64,000 nucleotides of DNA from an uncultured Verrucomicrobiae bacterium (GTDB lineage Bacteria; Verrucomicrobiota; Verrucomicrobiia; Limisphaerales; Palsa-1400): assembly GCA_963702845.1 (NCBI GenBank), contig OY969763.1, forward strand, positions 256,001 through 320,000, written 5' to 3'. Below the pieces are notes generated by a model. That model was not told where the DNA came from. It saw only the letters and a program-made list of their open reading frames with translations, and did not search any database. Positions 41,157 to 50,919 of this stretch are shown here, in pieces. The position numbers and the translations under genes are program-made. Position 1 is the first letter of the stretch. The number at the start of each line of letters is the position of its first letter.

Positions 41157-43817
41157 TTGTTGCATGGCACTACTTCTGCTAGTTTCAAGTTGCGGGAGCT
41201 AATGCGGACGAGCCCATACACAATGAACCGACCGGCCACAGCGGCCAAGCGAACTTTGAGAAATCTTATTTATATTAGTCGTCTTTTTTGCTTGCTGCTG
41301 CTTGTTCAATTAGCCGCGACTACCGCTCCCGGCGCCGACTGGTTCTTGGACCCCGCTGCGACTGGTGCCAATAATGGCAGCAGTTGGAGCGCCGCATGGA
41401 AAAACCCGACCAACGTCAACTGGAATAGCGTGAACCCCGGTGACACCGTCTATGTCTCGGGTGGCACTACCAGCCAAGTGTATACCAACTGGCTGACCAT
41501 TGGCAAAAACGGAACTCCTGGAAATTATATTACCCTCAAAATCGGGCAGGACCCCGGTCATAACGGGAAAGCGATTTTCGACGGTTGCGCCGTAGGTATG
41601 AGTTCAACTGCGCAATGGAATGCAATTGATGGCGGCCGCTCCAGTAGCTTTGTGACGCCTACGAACCACGAGCAGGTGATCAAGGGCAGCACCGCCATCA
41701 CCAACAATATCGGTTTCGTTTGCAGAAACATCATTGGTACGAACGATAATGAATTCTCACCTTGTTGGTTGTATTTTTCTCAACCCAATAATCTTCGTGT
41801 ATCATGGGTCGAAGCCACTGGATTCACTAATAGGGTGAAATTCGATGATGGCCAGATCATCGCGGGTAATATTAATGGAGGGAATTGTACAAATATCGTA
41901 TTCCAGTATTTGTATGTCCACGATAACGGAGGTTGTCAGGTCGTGTGGGGCGGCCAACAGGCTACCAGCTTTGACAACGTGGTTTTTCAATACATTTTCA
42001 TGGACTGGAATGTGGAAGATTATTTCCGCATTAGCGGCGGCTTCAGCATTCACGATTCTGTCATTGGTCGAACTGACGGCGCGTCCGATCACACTGACTT
42101 GTTTCAGATCACAGGCAATTATTTCAAAATCTACAACAACGACATTCGCGAGTCAGAGAACTCCATTTTCCGTATCCAAAATTTAGCCGGAGCACCAACA
42201 TATACCAACGTGATGCATGACGTTTGGTTCTTTAATAACATCTTTAGTGAAAAAGAAGGGAGAGGCGCTGGCGGAACATGGGACGAGCCAGGATGTATTG
42301 TCAATTTTGACCCGCTTCACCCGGCTGGGTTGCAAGTCTACAGCAATATCATAATCGCAAACAATTTGTGGTATAATACCGTCACGAACCACATTTTCAT
42401 GCCGGGGGCGACCCCGGACGGGTTGCCTATCAATAGCACAATTTATTGGTCGAAGGGTGGCGCTACCGTGGTGACTAACGCCTACATTACGAACTGTTTA
42501 TTCGTAAATAACTTGTTCATTGATCGTCAAAAAGGCGTGAACATGGCTGCGAGCACCAAATTGATAGGAGCGGAAGGATATTGGCCCTACAGAAACGATG
42601 CTCATGGACTGCTGTTTGATTACAACGTGATGGCAAACACCAACACATATATCAGCAACGCCAGACGGTTGAGTTACATGGATGTTACTGCCGATTTGGA
42701 AGTTCACCCGTTCAAAATGAGCAACAAAACGAACTACCCGGTGTTTGTTGCCCCGTATAGCGACAACTACGAACTTCAAGCGACCACGCCGGCAGGTATC
42801 AATGACGGTTACAACATGTCCGCTTACTTTAATTTCGATGGATTAAACCGTCCTCGCAATGTCGGGGGCGCATGGGACCGCGGGCCGCTGGAATACCAGG
42901 GCGGCGGCTCGACTGGAACGCTTACGTCAGGCCTGCTCGTCTGGTTGACCTTTGATGATGATTTTTCCGATAATAAACTTGATGATTCAAGTGGCAATGG
43001 CAATCACGCCTGGAGATTTGGACGAATCGGATCATCTTACCCCACGAACTTCCCCAAACAGATTCTCAGCAGCACTACACCCGGAAGAACGAACCTGTCC
43101 AGTGGTGATTACTGCGGAAAATTCGACTGGTATCCCACCGGTTACGGTCTTTACGGTCGCGAAGGCGATTACGCGGCAATAACGAATACTGCGAGTCTCA
43201 CCAACATGGCTACGGCGACCATCATGTGCTGGGCGCGCTATTACCCGTCGCACCCTGGACTGGATTACAGTTCCGATGCCAACGAGACACTATTGAGCGC
43301 AGGAGTGTCGGCCGGGGTCGTTGGATCCTGGGGTTTCGGACGAGACAATGACAACATCTGGTTGAACAACACGCGGTTTTACGTTCTGACCAACAGTTCG
43401 ACGTGGAACTATTCCATTTTGGAATTCCCGGAGAACGGTTACAACGACGACTCGATTAATTGGACCCATTATGCAATGACGTGGAACAACGGCGTGATGG
43501 TTGCCTACATGAACGGCGTCGCTGTCAGAACCAACGATTGCAGTGCGGCCACCACCCGCCTGCAGATCGGACGGAACCCGAATGCTCCATACTCCTGGAT
43601 CGGCGTCGGTTGCGATACTCATGGCGGAACCCCGGCGCTGAACGATGAGGCACCCAATATCGAGTATCCGAACAATGGTTTTCTTAACGGCGTCATGGAT
43701 GACGTCCGAATCTACAATCGTGCTTTAAATCCCTCTGAAATCCAGAGCATCTATTCACCAGCCAGCCAGCAAGGTCAGCAAAAGCCTGTCGGTCCCACTA
43801 GATTGCGGATTCAATGA
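41157..43817 (+). CDS. Secreted protein: parallel beta-helix (pectin-lyase-like) domain plus LamG/concanavalin domain
   Basis: Signal peptide (true start probably 41202-41223); DWFLD..ATG.NNGSSW..AW, PGDTVY.SGG, H.D.FQ, WDRGPLEY, GL..W..FD, WTH....W, DDVRIYNRAL. Confidence 0.8.
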   Translation: MLHGTTSASFKLRELMRTSPYTMNRPATAAKRTLRNLIYISRLFCLLLLVQLAATTAPGADWFLDPAATGANNGSSWSAAWKNPTNVNWNSVNPGDTVYVSGGTTSQVYTNWLTIGKNGTPGNYITLKIGQDPGHNGKAIFDGCAVGMSSTAQWNAIDGGRSSSFVTPTNHEQVIKGSTAITNNIGFVCRNIIGTNDNEFSPCWLYFSQPNNLRVSWVEATGFTNRVKFDDGQIIAGNINGGNCTNIVFQYLYVHDNGGCQVVWGGQQATSFDNVVFQYIFMDWNVEDYFRISGGFSIHDSVIGRTDGASDHTDLFQITGNYFKIYNNDIRESENSIFRIQNLAGAPTYTNVMHDVWFFNNIFSEKEGRGAGGTWDEPGCIVNFDPLHPAGLQVYSNIIIANNLWYNTVTNHIFMPGATPDGLPINSTIYWSKGGATVVTNAYITNCLFVNNLFIDRQKGVNMAASTKLIGAEGYWPYRNDAHGLLFDYNVMANTNTYISNARRLSYMDVTADLEVHPFKMSNKTNYPVFVAPYSDNYELQATTPAGINDGYNMSAYFNFDGLNRPRNVGGAWDRGPLEYQGGGSTGTLTSGLLVWLTFDDDFSDNKLDDSSGNGNHAWRFGRIGSSYPTNFPKQILSSTTPGRTNLSSGDYCGKFDWYPTGYGLYGREGDYAAITNTASLTNMATATIMCWARYYPSHPGLDYSSDANETLLSAGVSAGVVGSWGFGRDNDNIWLNNTRFYVLTNSSTWNYSILEFPENGYNDDSINWTHYAMTWNNGVMVAYMNGVAVRTNDCSAATTRLQIGRNPNAPYSWIGVGCDTHGGTPALNDEAPNIEYPNNGFLNGVMDDVRIYNRALNPSEIQSIYSPASQQGQQKPVGPTRLRIQ

Positions 43818-43917
43818 CTTGGTTCGATCTCTCGGATCTACATTTCCGGTTCCCGTAGTTTTTCAGCAGCTGTAATAAACCTATTTCCTTTCGACGGAAA
43901 TAGCGTTCTTCGAAACG

Positions 43918-45468
43918 ATGAAAACACTGTTATACATCATGCTGATTGCAGGTTTTCTGGAGGTAACGGTTAACACGAATGCCGCGGATTGGTATGTGGA
44001 CACAAGGTGCAACGGGAACAATTCCGGTGCGGATTGGGCCAATGCCTGGACGAATCTTGCAGGCATTGCTTGGAACCGTATCAACCCGGGCGATACGATT
44101 TTCCTGTCGGGCGGTCGATATGACGAGACGCTCGTGGTGCGCAAATCCGGTTTATCCAACGCGCCGATCACGATTCGAGTGGCGCAGGAGCGCGAGCACA
44201 ATTCTCCTGTCCTGTTGAATGGAATTGGTCTCGGCGCGCAGCACTGGATCACCATAAACGGCGCCTTGAGTGATTCGTTTACCGCCCCGACAAATATCCT
44301 CGGCCTCGGCCAAATGACCAATAATATTGGAATTTTAGCGCAGAATACCAACGGCACCGCCATTTATATGACAAGCCCGAATGGCGTTCACCTTTCCTGG
44401 GTCGGCGTCCGCGCTTCACGGGGTCCTAATGGTTACGACGCGAACGGCATTCAGGCGAACATGACCAGTCGCGGTCCGACCGACAATAACGTGATCAAGT
44501 ATTGCTGGATCAACCATGTCGAGGATGACGGGATCAACTGGATTGGAAACGATCCGGCCACACACTTTGGCCATCAGGAGGTCGCCTTCTGCATTATCGA
44601 GTACGTTGGTGATGACGGTATGGAAGCGAATCACGGATTCACCATCCACGATTGCTTGCTGGGCCCTTCTAGGTTTTTGCATGGGCACCCGGATGGGATT
44701 CAAAGCGTGGGCAGCTATTGGAAAATTTATAACAACGAATTCCAGGATTTCGGTAACAGTTGGATTCGCGAGCAGGCTACTCAAACCAACCATCATGACA
44801 TCTGGATCTACAATAATTTATTTCTGAGTGGCATCCGGACGAACGAATCGTTTCTGCTCTCGAATACCGGCATTGAGGTCGTGCAATATGCCGCGTGGCT
44901 GGGTGAAGTGCCGGCCATGACCTGGAGCAACATTATCGTTGTCAATAATACATTCTTCAATGCCACCGGTGCTGTTCGCGGCGCCATCAACTGGGCCAAG
45001 CGCGACGAGGACACTCCTGGGGCATTTGTTCACAACGTTTTTCTGACCAACTGTATGTTCGTCAACAATTTGGTCGTGGATTGCGCCTACGGCGCGTCCG
45101 CTCCGTGGCAGCCGGTGAAGACCTCACGGCCGTGGGGTGCGGCCGTAAATTACGCTCCAGAGGACCTCATCTGGGATTACAATACGATTACCGGATTCAA
45201 GGCGAACGAGGCGACGCGGGTCGTCTATTCGGGTGCCGCATACTTGCGCGCCGAAATGCTGGGCGCGGGTTTGCCGTGGCAACACAACAGTAGCTTGCTG
45301 GTTCAATTCGTTGATCCGCAACATTGGGATCTGAGACTTGCTGGGTCAAATACATCCGCTGCCATCAACGGCAAAAACCTGTCGCCATTGTTTAATTACG
45401 ACATTTTGAATGCTCCGAGACTCGCGACGGGAACCTGGACCCGCGGTGCCTACGCGTTCTCACATTGA
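43918..45468 (+). CDS. Secreted parallel beta-helix protein, paralog of the N-terminal half of the preceding gene
   Basis: Signal peptide; DWYVD....GNNSG.DW.NAW, INPGDTIFLSGG, HPDGIQ, W.RGAY.F. Confidence 0.8.
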   Translation: MKTLLYIMLIAGFLEVTVNTNAADWYVDTRCNGNNSGADWANAWTNLAGIAWNRINPGDTIFLSGGRYDETLVVRKSGLSNAPITIRVAQEREHNSPVLLNGIGLGAQHWITINGALSDSFTAPTNILGLGQMTNNIGILAQNTNGTAIYMTSPNGVHLSWVGVRASRGPNGYDANGIQANMTSRGPTDNNVIKYCWINHVEDDGINWIGNDPATHFGHQEVAFCIIEYVGDDGMEANHGFTIHDCLLGPSRFLHGHPDGIQSVGSYWKIYNNEFQDFGNSWIREQATQTNHHDIWIYNNLFLSGIRTNESFLLSNTGIEVVQYAAWLGEVPAMTWSNIIVVNNTFFNATGAVRGAINWAKRDEDTPGAFVHNVFLTNCMFVNNLVVDCAYGASAPWQPVKTSRPWGAAVNYAPEDLIWDYNTITGFKANEATRVVYSGAAYLRAEMLGAGLPWQHNSSLLVQFVDPQHWDLRLAGSNTSAAINGKNLSPLFNYDILNAPRLATGTWTRGAYAFSH

Positions 45469-45488
45469 CAGGCCAGCCGGCAGAAAAC

Positions 45489-46688
45489 ATGCAAAAGCCA
45501 TTCGACAAGCCCATTTACGTCACGCGCCCTTTTCTGCCACCGCTCTCGGAATTTTCCGCGGGGCTGCAGGAAATCTGGGACAACGCCTGGCTGACCAATA
45601 ACGGACCGGTCCTTCTGCGCTATCAGAAGGAACTTTGCAAATATTTCAACTCCGACAACCTGTGCCTGTTTAACAATGGCACGCTCGCGCTCCAGATCGC
45701 CCTGCAAGGGATGCAGTTGTCGGGCGAAGTGATCACCACCCCGTTCACCTTTGTCGCAACGACGCACGCGCTTTTCTGGAACAAAATTCGCCCGGTGTTT
45801 GTCGACATCGAGCCGGATCATTACACCCTCGACCCCGAAAAGGTTGAGGCGGCGATTACCCCCTGGACGACTGCCATTCTTGCCGTCCACGTCTACGGCT
45901 ATCCTTGCAAATTGAAGGAATTGGCCGAGATCGCCCGACGGCACAACATCATGCTGCTCTACGATGCCGCGCACGCTTTCGGTGTCACCGTCGATGGAAA
46001 ATCCATCGGTCATTACGGGGATTTGAGCATGTTCAGCTTCCACGCGACGAAGCTTTACCACTCGATAGAGGGCGGCTTGCTCATGTTCTCTGACCCCGGG
46101 AACAAGAAGATTTTCGATTATCTCAAAAATTTTGGGTTCGAGAACGAACTCGAAGTCGTGATGCCGGGCACCAACGCCAAAATGAACGAGTTCCAGGCCC
46201 TCATGGGATTACAGGTGTTGCAACATCTGGGCGGGATCATTGACCGGCGCAAACACATTGATGCCGTTTATCGCGACCGTTTGCGATTTATTCCCGGCGT
46301 TCGATTTCCCGCGTTGCCGCCGGATAATATCCAGGTCAATTACGCCTATTTTCCCGTGGAAATAGATGCTGATGCTTTCGGGATGAGCCGCGATGATCTT
46401 TATGCAGCGCTCCAGCGCTACAATGTTTTCACTCGCCGCTACTTTTATCCGCTGGTCCCCGATTTTTCCTGTTACCGCACATTGTCGGTTTCGGCAAAGG
46501 ACCCGTTGACCACCGCGCGTCGCGTCGCGAAATCCATTCTCACATTGCCCATTTATGATTCGCTGCCGTTGCAACACGTGGAGCGAATTTGTGAAATGAT
46601 CGAGCATATCCGCTGCTCTAATCAACAGACCGCCAAAGCAGCAAATCAACCAATGGCCTTCGTGCCGCCTTCCGCCAAAGTCGCATAA
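45489..46688 (+). CDS. DegT family aminotransferase (VioA-like)
   Basis: IYVTRPFLPP, WLTNNGP, NGTLAL, YDAAHAFG, SFHATK, NAKMNE, RRYFYP. Confidence 0.92.
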   Translation: MQKPFDKPIYVTRPFLPPLSEFSAGLQEIWDNAWLTNNGPVLLRYQKELCKYFNSDNLCLFNNGTLALQIALQGMQLSGEVITTPFTFVATTHALFWNKIRPVFVDIEPDHYTLDPEKVEAAITPWTTAILAVHVYGYPCKLKELAEIARRHNIMLLYDAAHAFGVTVDGKSIGHYGDLSMFSFHATKLYHSIEGGLLMFSDPGNKKIFDYLKNFGFENELEVVMPGTNAKMNEFQALMGLQVLQHLGGIIDRRKHIDAVYRDRLRFIPGVRFPALPPDNIQVNYAYFPVEIDADAFGMSRDDLYAALQRYNVFTRRYFYPLVPDFSCYRTLSVSAKDPLTTARRVAKSILTLPIYDSLPLQHVERICEMIEHIRCSNQQTAKAANQPMAFVPPSAKVA

Positions 46689-46705
46689 GCGAATGTCCGC
46701 GTTTC

Positions 46706-47365
46706 ATGCGTCCGAAAATTGCCATCTGGGGTGCGTCTGGCCATGCAATCGTCGTTGCCGATATTTTGCGGTTGCAAGGCGAATACGAAGTCGTCGGTCT
46801 GTTGGACGATACGAACCCGGCCCGTCGCGGACAACGCGTCGGCGGCGTGGAGGTGTTGGGTGGCCGGGACCAACTCGTGGTCCTGCGCAGCCACGACGTG
46901 AGGTTTCTAATCGTTGCGATCGGAAACTGCGAGGCCCGTTACAGGGTCGCGCTCGCTGCCAAAGAGCACGGTTTTGAGTTTGCGACCGCGATTCATCCCG
47001 GCGCAATCGTTGCCAGTGACGTCAAAATCGGCGAAGGCACAGTCATTGTCGCTGGCGCGGTCATCAATCCCGCAGTTCGCCTCGGTGCTCATGTCATCGT
47101 CAACACCTGCGCCAGCGTCGATCACGAATGTGTCGTTGGCGACGCGGTCCACATCGGTCCCGGTTCTCGTTTAGGTGGCTGCGTTGTTGTCGGCGATGGT
47201 GCCTGGATTGGAATCGGCGCGACAATATTTGACCGGATTGAGATCGGATGTCGGTCCATAATTGGAGGCGGCTCGGTAGTGACAAGACACGTTCCCAAAG
47301 ACGTCGTTGCTTATGGTGTTCCCGCAAAAGTTGTACGCGCATTACACGGCGAACCAAGCTCCTAG
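46706..47365 (+). CDS. NeuD/PglD/VioB family sugar acetyltransferase
   Basis: GASGHA.VV, AIGN..R, IHP.A, VDHEC, G.PAK. Confidence 0.92.
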   Translation: MRPKIAIWGASGHAIVVADILRLQGEYEVVGLLDDTNPARRGQRVGGVEVLGGRDQLVVLRSHDVRFLIVAIGNCEARYRVALAAKEHGFEFATAIHPGAIVASDVKIGEGTVIVAGAVINPAVRLGAHVIVNTCASVDHECVVGDAVHIGPGSRLGGCVVVGDGAWIGIGATIFDRIEIGCRSIIGGGSVVTRHVPKDVVAYGVPAKVVRALHGEPSS

Positions 47366-47366
47366 C

Positions 47367-47522
47367 ATGGTAGTTTCGAACAAAGAAGATTTAGCTTATT
47401 TAGGATTTCTGGATGGAATCCGAGGCGGCGCTGCTCTGTGGGTTTTGGTAGCGAATCAACCGCCCACAGTTGCCACAACCAGCGCGTACGATTACGTGCC
47501 TGTAAATACCGGAAAAGATTAA
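47367..47522 (+). pseudogene. N-terminal remnant of an acyltransferase-3 (OafA-like O-acyltransferase)
   Basis: MVVSNKEDLAYLGFLDGIRGGAALWVLV matches the LDGLRGLAALxV family start; the frame stops after ~50 codons. Confidence 0.6.
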
Positions 47523-47524
47523 CC

Positions 47525-48970
47525 GTGTCTCTCAAACACAAAACACTGAACGCCCTTTCGTGGAGCTTGGTTCAGGAAATAGCGGGGCGCGGGTTGCAAC
47601 TTGGCGTTGGCATCCTGCTCGCGCGGCTGCTTGGCCCCAAGGAGTTTGGGCTGCTCGCAATGCTGACGATTTTCATCGCGGTTGCACAGGCGCTGGTGGA
47701 AAGCGGATTTGCTTCAGCATTGATTCAACGTAAAGAGCCCACGGAAGCCGACGAATGTTCGGTCTTCTACTTTAATTTGCTGATTGCAGGGGTGTTGGTG
47801 GCGTCACTCTATTTGGTCGCGCCGTGTATTGCGCAGTTCTACAAACAACCTCAGCTGACGGCGCTGATGCGTGCATTGTCCTGTATCCTGCTGATCAATA
47901 GCGGCTGTGTAGTTCAGAATGCGTTAATGGTACGCCGGCTCGATTTCAAGCGTCAGGCAGTGGTGGCGGTTTGCAGCCTGATCGTTTCCGGCGTTGTCGC
48001 CGTCATCATGGCATGGCGCGGATTTGGCGTGTGGAGCCTGGTGGGTCAGCAGGTGAGTGCCAGTCTCATGCGTTTAATGATGCTGTGGCAGATGAATCCA
48101 TGGCGGCCCAAATGGCTTTTCAGCACGAAGTCATTGCGCCAACTATTTGCTTTTGGTTCTGGAATGATGGCTTCGACACTGACAAGCCAGGTGTGTGACA
48201 ATCTCATGTCGTTGGTGATTGGCAGGATGTTCTCGCCGGTGATGCTCGGCTTTTACAGTCGCGCCGTGACCTTACAGGATGCCGCCTCGCAGGCCCTGGC
48301 CAGCATGGCCAATCGCGTCACTTTCCCTGTGTTTTCGCAGATTCAAGATGATCCACCGCGAATGAAGCGTGCCGTGCAAAAGGCGATGACGACCATTGCC
48401 TTTGTGCAGTTTCCGATGTTGATTGGATTGGGGGCAGTTGCCAGACCGCTTGTGCTTTTCTTGCTTACCGATAAATGGGCCCCCACCATTCCTTATCTGC
48501 AACTGCTTTGCTGCGCAGGGTTGCTTTATCCCGTGCACCTCTTGAATCTCAGCGTGCTCACTTCGATGGGCCGCTCCGACCTTTACTTCCGCCTTGGGGT
48601 GATTAAGCGCGTTTTGCAGGTTGCGGCAATGCTTGTCACTTTTAAGTGGGGCGTCCTCGTTATGGTTTGGGGGCAGGTTGTCGTCAGCTTTATTTCATTT
48701 TTTGTGAACAGTTTTTATACCAAACGGTTTATCGGTTATTCGATTCCTGAGCAGATGCGCGACCTGTTCCCGTATGCCACGGCTTCCTGTGCAATGGGTT
48801 TGGCGGTTTCGGTCGCAACCTTGCCGATTCCCGAAGGACACGCCGGGCAACTTTTCTTCAAAATCGCACTCGGGGCGATCATTTACGGGGTGCTCGGTAG
48901 CGTTTTTCCGTTCGGCGCTGTAAGGGAGCTAAAGAGTATCGTCCGCAGTCGAGCCGTTGCTGTTACCTAA
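47525..48970 (+). CDS. wzx: Polysaccharide flippase (Wzx/WzxC-like)
   Basis: SLK.K....L.WS, LARLL.P.EFG, G...ALIQ, G.GVWSLV.QQ, LGFYSRA; multi-TM. GTG start at 47525. Confidence 0.92.
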   Translation: MSLKHKTLNALSWSLVQEIAGRGLQLGVGILLARLLGPKEFGLLAMLTIFIAVAQALVESGFASALIQRKEPTEADECSVFYFNLLIAGVLVASLYLVAPCIAQFYKQPQLTALMRALSCILLINSGCVVQNALMVRRLDFKRQAVVAVCSLIVSGVVAVIMAWRGFGVWSLVGQQVSASLMRLMMLWQMNPWRPKWLFSTKSLRQLFAFGSGMMASTLTSQVCDNLMSLVIGRMFSPVMLGFYSRAVTLQDAASQALASMANRVTFPVFSQIQDDPPRMKRAVQKAMTTIAFVQFPMLIGLGAVARPLVLFLLTDKWAPTIPYLQLLCCAGLLYPVHLLNLSVLTSMGRSDLYFRLGVIKRVLQVAAMLVTFKWGVLVMVWGQVVVSFISFFVNSFYTKRFIGYSIPEQMRDLFPYATASCAMGLAVSVATLPIPEGHAGQLFFKIALGAIIYGVLGSVFPFGAVRELKSIVRSRAVAVT

Positions 48971-49017
48971 ATCGAGCCGTTGCTGTTACCTAAATCGAGC
49001 CGTTGCTGTTACCTAAA
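48949..49017. repeat. Perfect 23-bp tandem repeat x3 spanning the wzx stop codon
   Basis: TCGAGCCGTTGCTGTTACCTAAA at 48949, 48972 and 48995. Confidence 0.95.
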
Positions 49018-49019
49018 TT

Positions 49020-49766
49020 ATGCGAGAATTGCTTCAAGAGATCTACGCTACAAGGACCGTCGTTGGCCGAAGTGGCGCCATTCACAAGTTGGATAGCGAA
49101 ATTAGTCCCGAGGAAGGAAGGCTTTTATCCTCCTTGATCGCAAGCGATCCCAGTGTTGTCCGAACTTTAGAGGTTGGCTGCGCTTACGGGATGTCATCGC
49201 TTCACATTTGTAGCGCTATAAATGGCAGGAACGGCGCGCACCACACAATTATTGACCCGTTCCAAAACGAACGCTGGGATGGCACCGGGATTGCCAACCT
49301 CGAGCGCGGTGGGATGCGATTTTTTCAGCTTATCGAGGAGAAATCCGAATTTGCCCTGCCGCGCTTGTGTCTCGAAGCCGAAGAGCAGTTCGATCTTATC
49401 TTCGTTGATGGTTTCCACACCTTTGACCATACGCTGATTGATTGCTTCTATGCTACTCGCCTGTTGCGCACGGGCGGCTACCTCGTCGTTGACGACGCAA
49501 GCTGGCGTTCCGTAAATCGTTGTATCAGCTACCTGGCTAAATATCCGTGCTATAGAATACACGGCGCCGTCAGTGTCCCGAAACCGGCAACTCCTTTGCG
49601 TCGCGCAGCCAAAATCTTTCGGAAGGCCATGCCAAAATCGGTTTTCGGAAAGCTTCTGCATCCGAATCTTGTTGAACGGATTTGGACCGATTCGACCAAT
49701 TCAATGGTGGCGCTTAAGAAGGTCTGTAAAGACGAGCGTGACTGGAAGTGGTACGCCGATTTTTGA
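49020..49766 (+). CDS. Class I SAM-dependent methyltransferase (Methyltransf_24-like)
   Basis: LEVGCAYGMSS, IDPFQ, FDLIFVDGFHTFD, GGYLVVDD. Confidence 0.88.
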   Translation: MRELLQEIYATRTVVGRSGAIHKLDSEISPEEGRLLSSLIASDPSVVRTLEVGCAYGMSSLHICSAINGRNGAHHTIIDPFQNERWDGTGIANLERGGMRFFQLIEEKSEFALPRLCLEAEEQFDLIFVDGFHTFDHTLIDCFYATRLLRTGGYLVVDDASWRSVNRCISYLAKYPCYRIHGAVSVPKPATPLRRAAKIFRKAMPKSVFGKLLHPNLVERIWTDSTNSMVALKKVCKDERDWKWYADF

Positions 49767-49818
49767 CAATCAGAAGAACAACTGATTCTCAATCAATCCG
49801 TGCCTACGCCCTGACAAA

Positions 49819-50859
49819 ATGCAAAACCCTCGCGAATATAGCTGCGATCCGGTGGTAAGCGTTGCGATGATTACTTACAATCATCGCGCTTACATCGAGA
49901 AGGCGATCGCCAGTATTCTTGCACAGGAGGCTGATTTTAACTTTGAACTCGTGATTGGCGACGACTGCTCGACTGATGGAACACGCGAAGTCGTTTTGGA
50001 AAGCCAGCGACAGCACCCAAATCGCATCCGCGTCATCGTCTCAGAAAAGAATGTCGGCATGCACGAAAACCTTCGTCGTGTCGAACAGGCCTGCCGTGGT
50101 AAATACATCGCCTACTGCGAAGGGGACGACTTCTGGAACGATCTCACGAAACTGGCAAAACAAGTCGCGTTTCTTGAAAGCCGGCCTGGCCACGTAATGG
50201 TGCACACCCATTGTCACCGATATTTTGTCACCAAAAAACGTCTTCTCGTTAACAGTTTGAGGGTTCCCGAAGGATTAAATGATGCGAATGCATATGAAGA
50301 CATTCTGACCGGGCGTCGCACGCCGTTGACTCTTTCGGTGCTCGCACGTCGGGAAGCACTTCATACCGTTTTGCAAAACTGTCCAGAGTGTACCGACCGT
50401 AAGTGGCCGATGGGTGATACGCAACGATGGTTGGAGTTGTCCCGTTTGGGCAGTATCGGCTGCATTCATGAGCCGCTTGTTACAAAGAATGTGCTGCCGG
50501 AATCTGCAGGACAATCGATGGATCAGCAAAAATGCTTAAGGTTCTATCTCGCGGCTAGAGAATTAGAGCTCCACTATCTAAAAAAATATCCTATCGATCC
50601 TCAGTCGGAACGCCGGGCCCGGCAGCGACTGGCTCTCGTGCTGCTTCAACATGCTTGTGCCGCAAACGACCCCGTTGTGGCGCGGCAAATGTATTCGGCG
50701 TATCGAGAGCAGGGAGGAAGTTCAGGTTTGCGCGCTGCATGGTTGTTGTGGGGCAGTCATTCCAGCATGCGACGTTGCGCTGTCTCGCCGTTAATAATAC
50801 TGGAAAAGGTATGGCGACGTGCCACTCGCTTGGCGATGGCGCCGTTGCGACCTTCGTAA
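49819..50859 (+). CDS. Glycosyltransferase family 2
   Basis: VSVAMITYNH, GDDCSTDGT, YIAYCEGDDFW...KL.KQV. Confidence 0.9.
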   Translation: MQNPREYSCDPVVSVAMITYNHRAYIEKAIASILAQEADFNFELVIGDDCSTDGTREVVLESQRQHPNRIRVIVSEKNVGMHENLRRVEQACRGKYIAYCEGDDFWNDLTKLAKQVAFLESRPGHVMVHTHCHRYFVTKKRLLVNSLRVPEGLNDANAYEDILTGRRTPLTLSVLARREALHTVLQNCPECTDRKWPMGDTQRWLELSRLGSIGCIHEPLVTKNVLPESAGQSMDQQKCLRFYLAARELELHYLKKYPIDPQSERRARQRLALVLLQHACAANDPVVARQMYSAYREQGGSSGLRAAWLLWGSHSSMRRCAVSPLIILEKVWRRATRLAMAPLRPS

Positions 50860-50919
50860 AAACGCTGGTGCCGCTCAATGCGTCTGACGGCGGAAGAATA
50901 GACCAAATTTTAGTGCCCT

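Noticed and set aside
48949..49017. 23-bp repeats as a CRISPR array
   Set aside because: The copies are directly adjacent with no spacers, and there are no cas genes.
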